Below, in pieces: positions 39,179 through 39,709 of a stretch of 39,709 nt of DNA. Position 1 is the stretch's first letter. Each line of letters opens with the position of its first letter. The stretch comes from Escherichia phage vB_EcoM_CQ615. The translations under genes and the position numbers were made by a program. The DNA lies in the sequence record PQ010280.1, one strand, 5' to 3'. The notes under the pieces are model-generated. The model worked only from the letters and a program-made list of their open reading frames with translations. It did no database searches and was not told where the DNA came from.

Positions 39179-39328
39179 ATGTTCCGCTTATTGTTGAACC
39201 TACTGCGGCATAGAGTCACCTATCGCTTTCTTGTGGTACTTTGTGCTGCCCTTGGGTACGCATCTCTTAATGGAGACCTCAGTTCACTGGAGTCTACCGT
39301 TTGCTCTTTACTCACTTGTAGTGATTAA
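39179..39328 (+). CDS. 19.5: gp19.5-like small membrane protein
   Basis: 49 aa, SD aaagggaggag; MFRLLLNLLRHRVTYRFLVVLCAALGYASLNGDLSSLESTVCSLLTCSD. Confidence 0.75.
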   Translation: MFRLLLNLLRHRVTYRFLVVLCAALGYASLNGDLSSLESTVCSLLTCSD

Positions 39329-39399
39329 GGTATTCCTGACCGACTGACGGCTCACCGAGGGATTCGTAGGTATGATTACATCACACCAACTCATCCCTA

Positions 39400-39582
39400 T
39401 ATAGTCAAGTCCTAAGGTATACCCATAAAGAGCCTCTAATGGTCTATCCTAAGGTCTATACCTAAAGATAGGCCATCCTATCAGTGTCACCTAAAGAGGG
39501 TCTTAGAGAGGGCCTAGGGAGTTCCTAGAGGGTCCTTTAAAATATACCATAAAAATCTGAGTGACTATCTCACAATGTACGG
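39400..39582 (+). repeat. Right-end array of short CCTAAAG/CCTAAGG-type repeats preceding the terminal repeat
   Basis: agtcctaaggtatacc...atcctaaggtctatacctaaagataggcc...gtcacctaaagaggg; mirrors the left-end array. Confidence 0.5.
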
Positions 39583-39709
39583 ACCTAAAGTTCCCCCATA
39601 GGGGTACCTAAAGCCCAGCCAATCACCTAAAGTCAACCTTCGGTTGACCTTGAGGGTTCCCTAGGGTTGGGATGACCCTTTGGTTTACCTTTGAGTGTCT
39701 CCTTGTCCC
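39583..39709. repeat. Right copy of the direct terminal repeat (runs to the window end)
   Basis: Identical to 1..127; upstream 39569-39582 (tctcacaatgtacgg) resembles the start of the T7 terminal repeat, so the true repeat is probably about 141 nt or more. Confidence 0.9.

Overview
This window is a near-complete linear genome of a T7-like podophage (Teseptimavirus-like), read from sequence alone with no database search. Evidence: identical 127-nt direct terminal repeat copies at both ends (1..127 = 39583..39709), three to four sigma70 early promoters at the left end, 16 single-subunit-RNAP promoters of the TAATACGACTCACTATAGGGAGA type, an 883-aa T7-type RNA polymerase, and every gene on the + strand in canonical T7 order (ocr, kinase, RNAP, ligase, SSB, endonuclease I, lysozyme, primase-helicase, DNA polymerase, exonuclease, portal, scaffold, capsid with 10A/10B frameshift, Tphi terminator, tail, core, fiber, lysis cassette, terminase). 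Comparisons to reference T7 are from memory of the T7 map and protein sequences. The departures from that backbone are the interesting part: (1) three HNH-family endonuclease ORFs at non-canonical positions — one Endo VII-type with a -1 frameshift (1932..2386), one HNH+AP2-like with no canonical start after the ligase stop (7808..8278), and one HNH+HTH directly downstream of the large terminase (38570..39013); (2) the slots where T7 carries genes 2.8, 3.8, 5.3 and 7.7 are empty or replaced; (3) an orphan 76-aa ORF after the DNA polymerase; (4) an orphan 125-aa ORF between tail fiber and holin, just after a tail fiber whose distal half is unlike T7; (5) a shorter gp1.7, a gp4 with a divergent zinc-ribbon N-terminus, and a possible fourth early sigma70 promoter. 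No tRNA, CRISPR array or integrase was seen.
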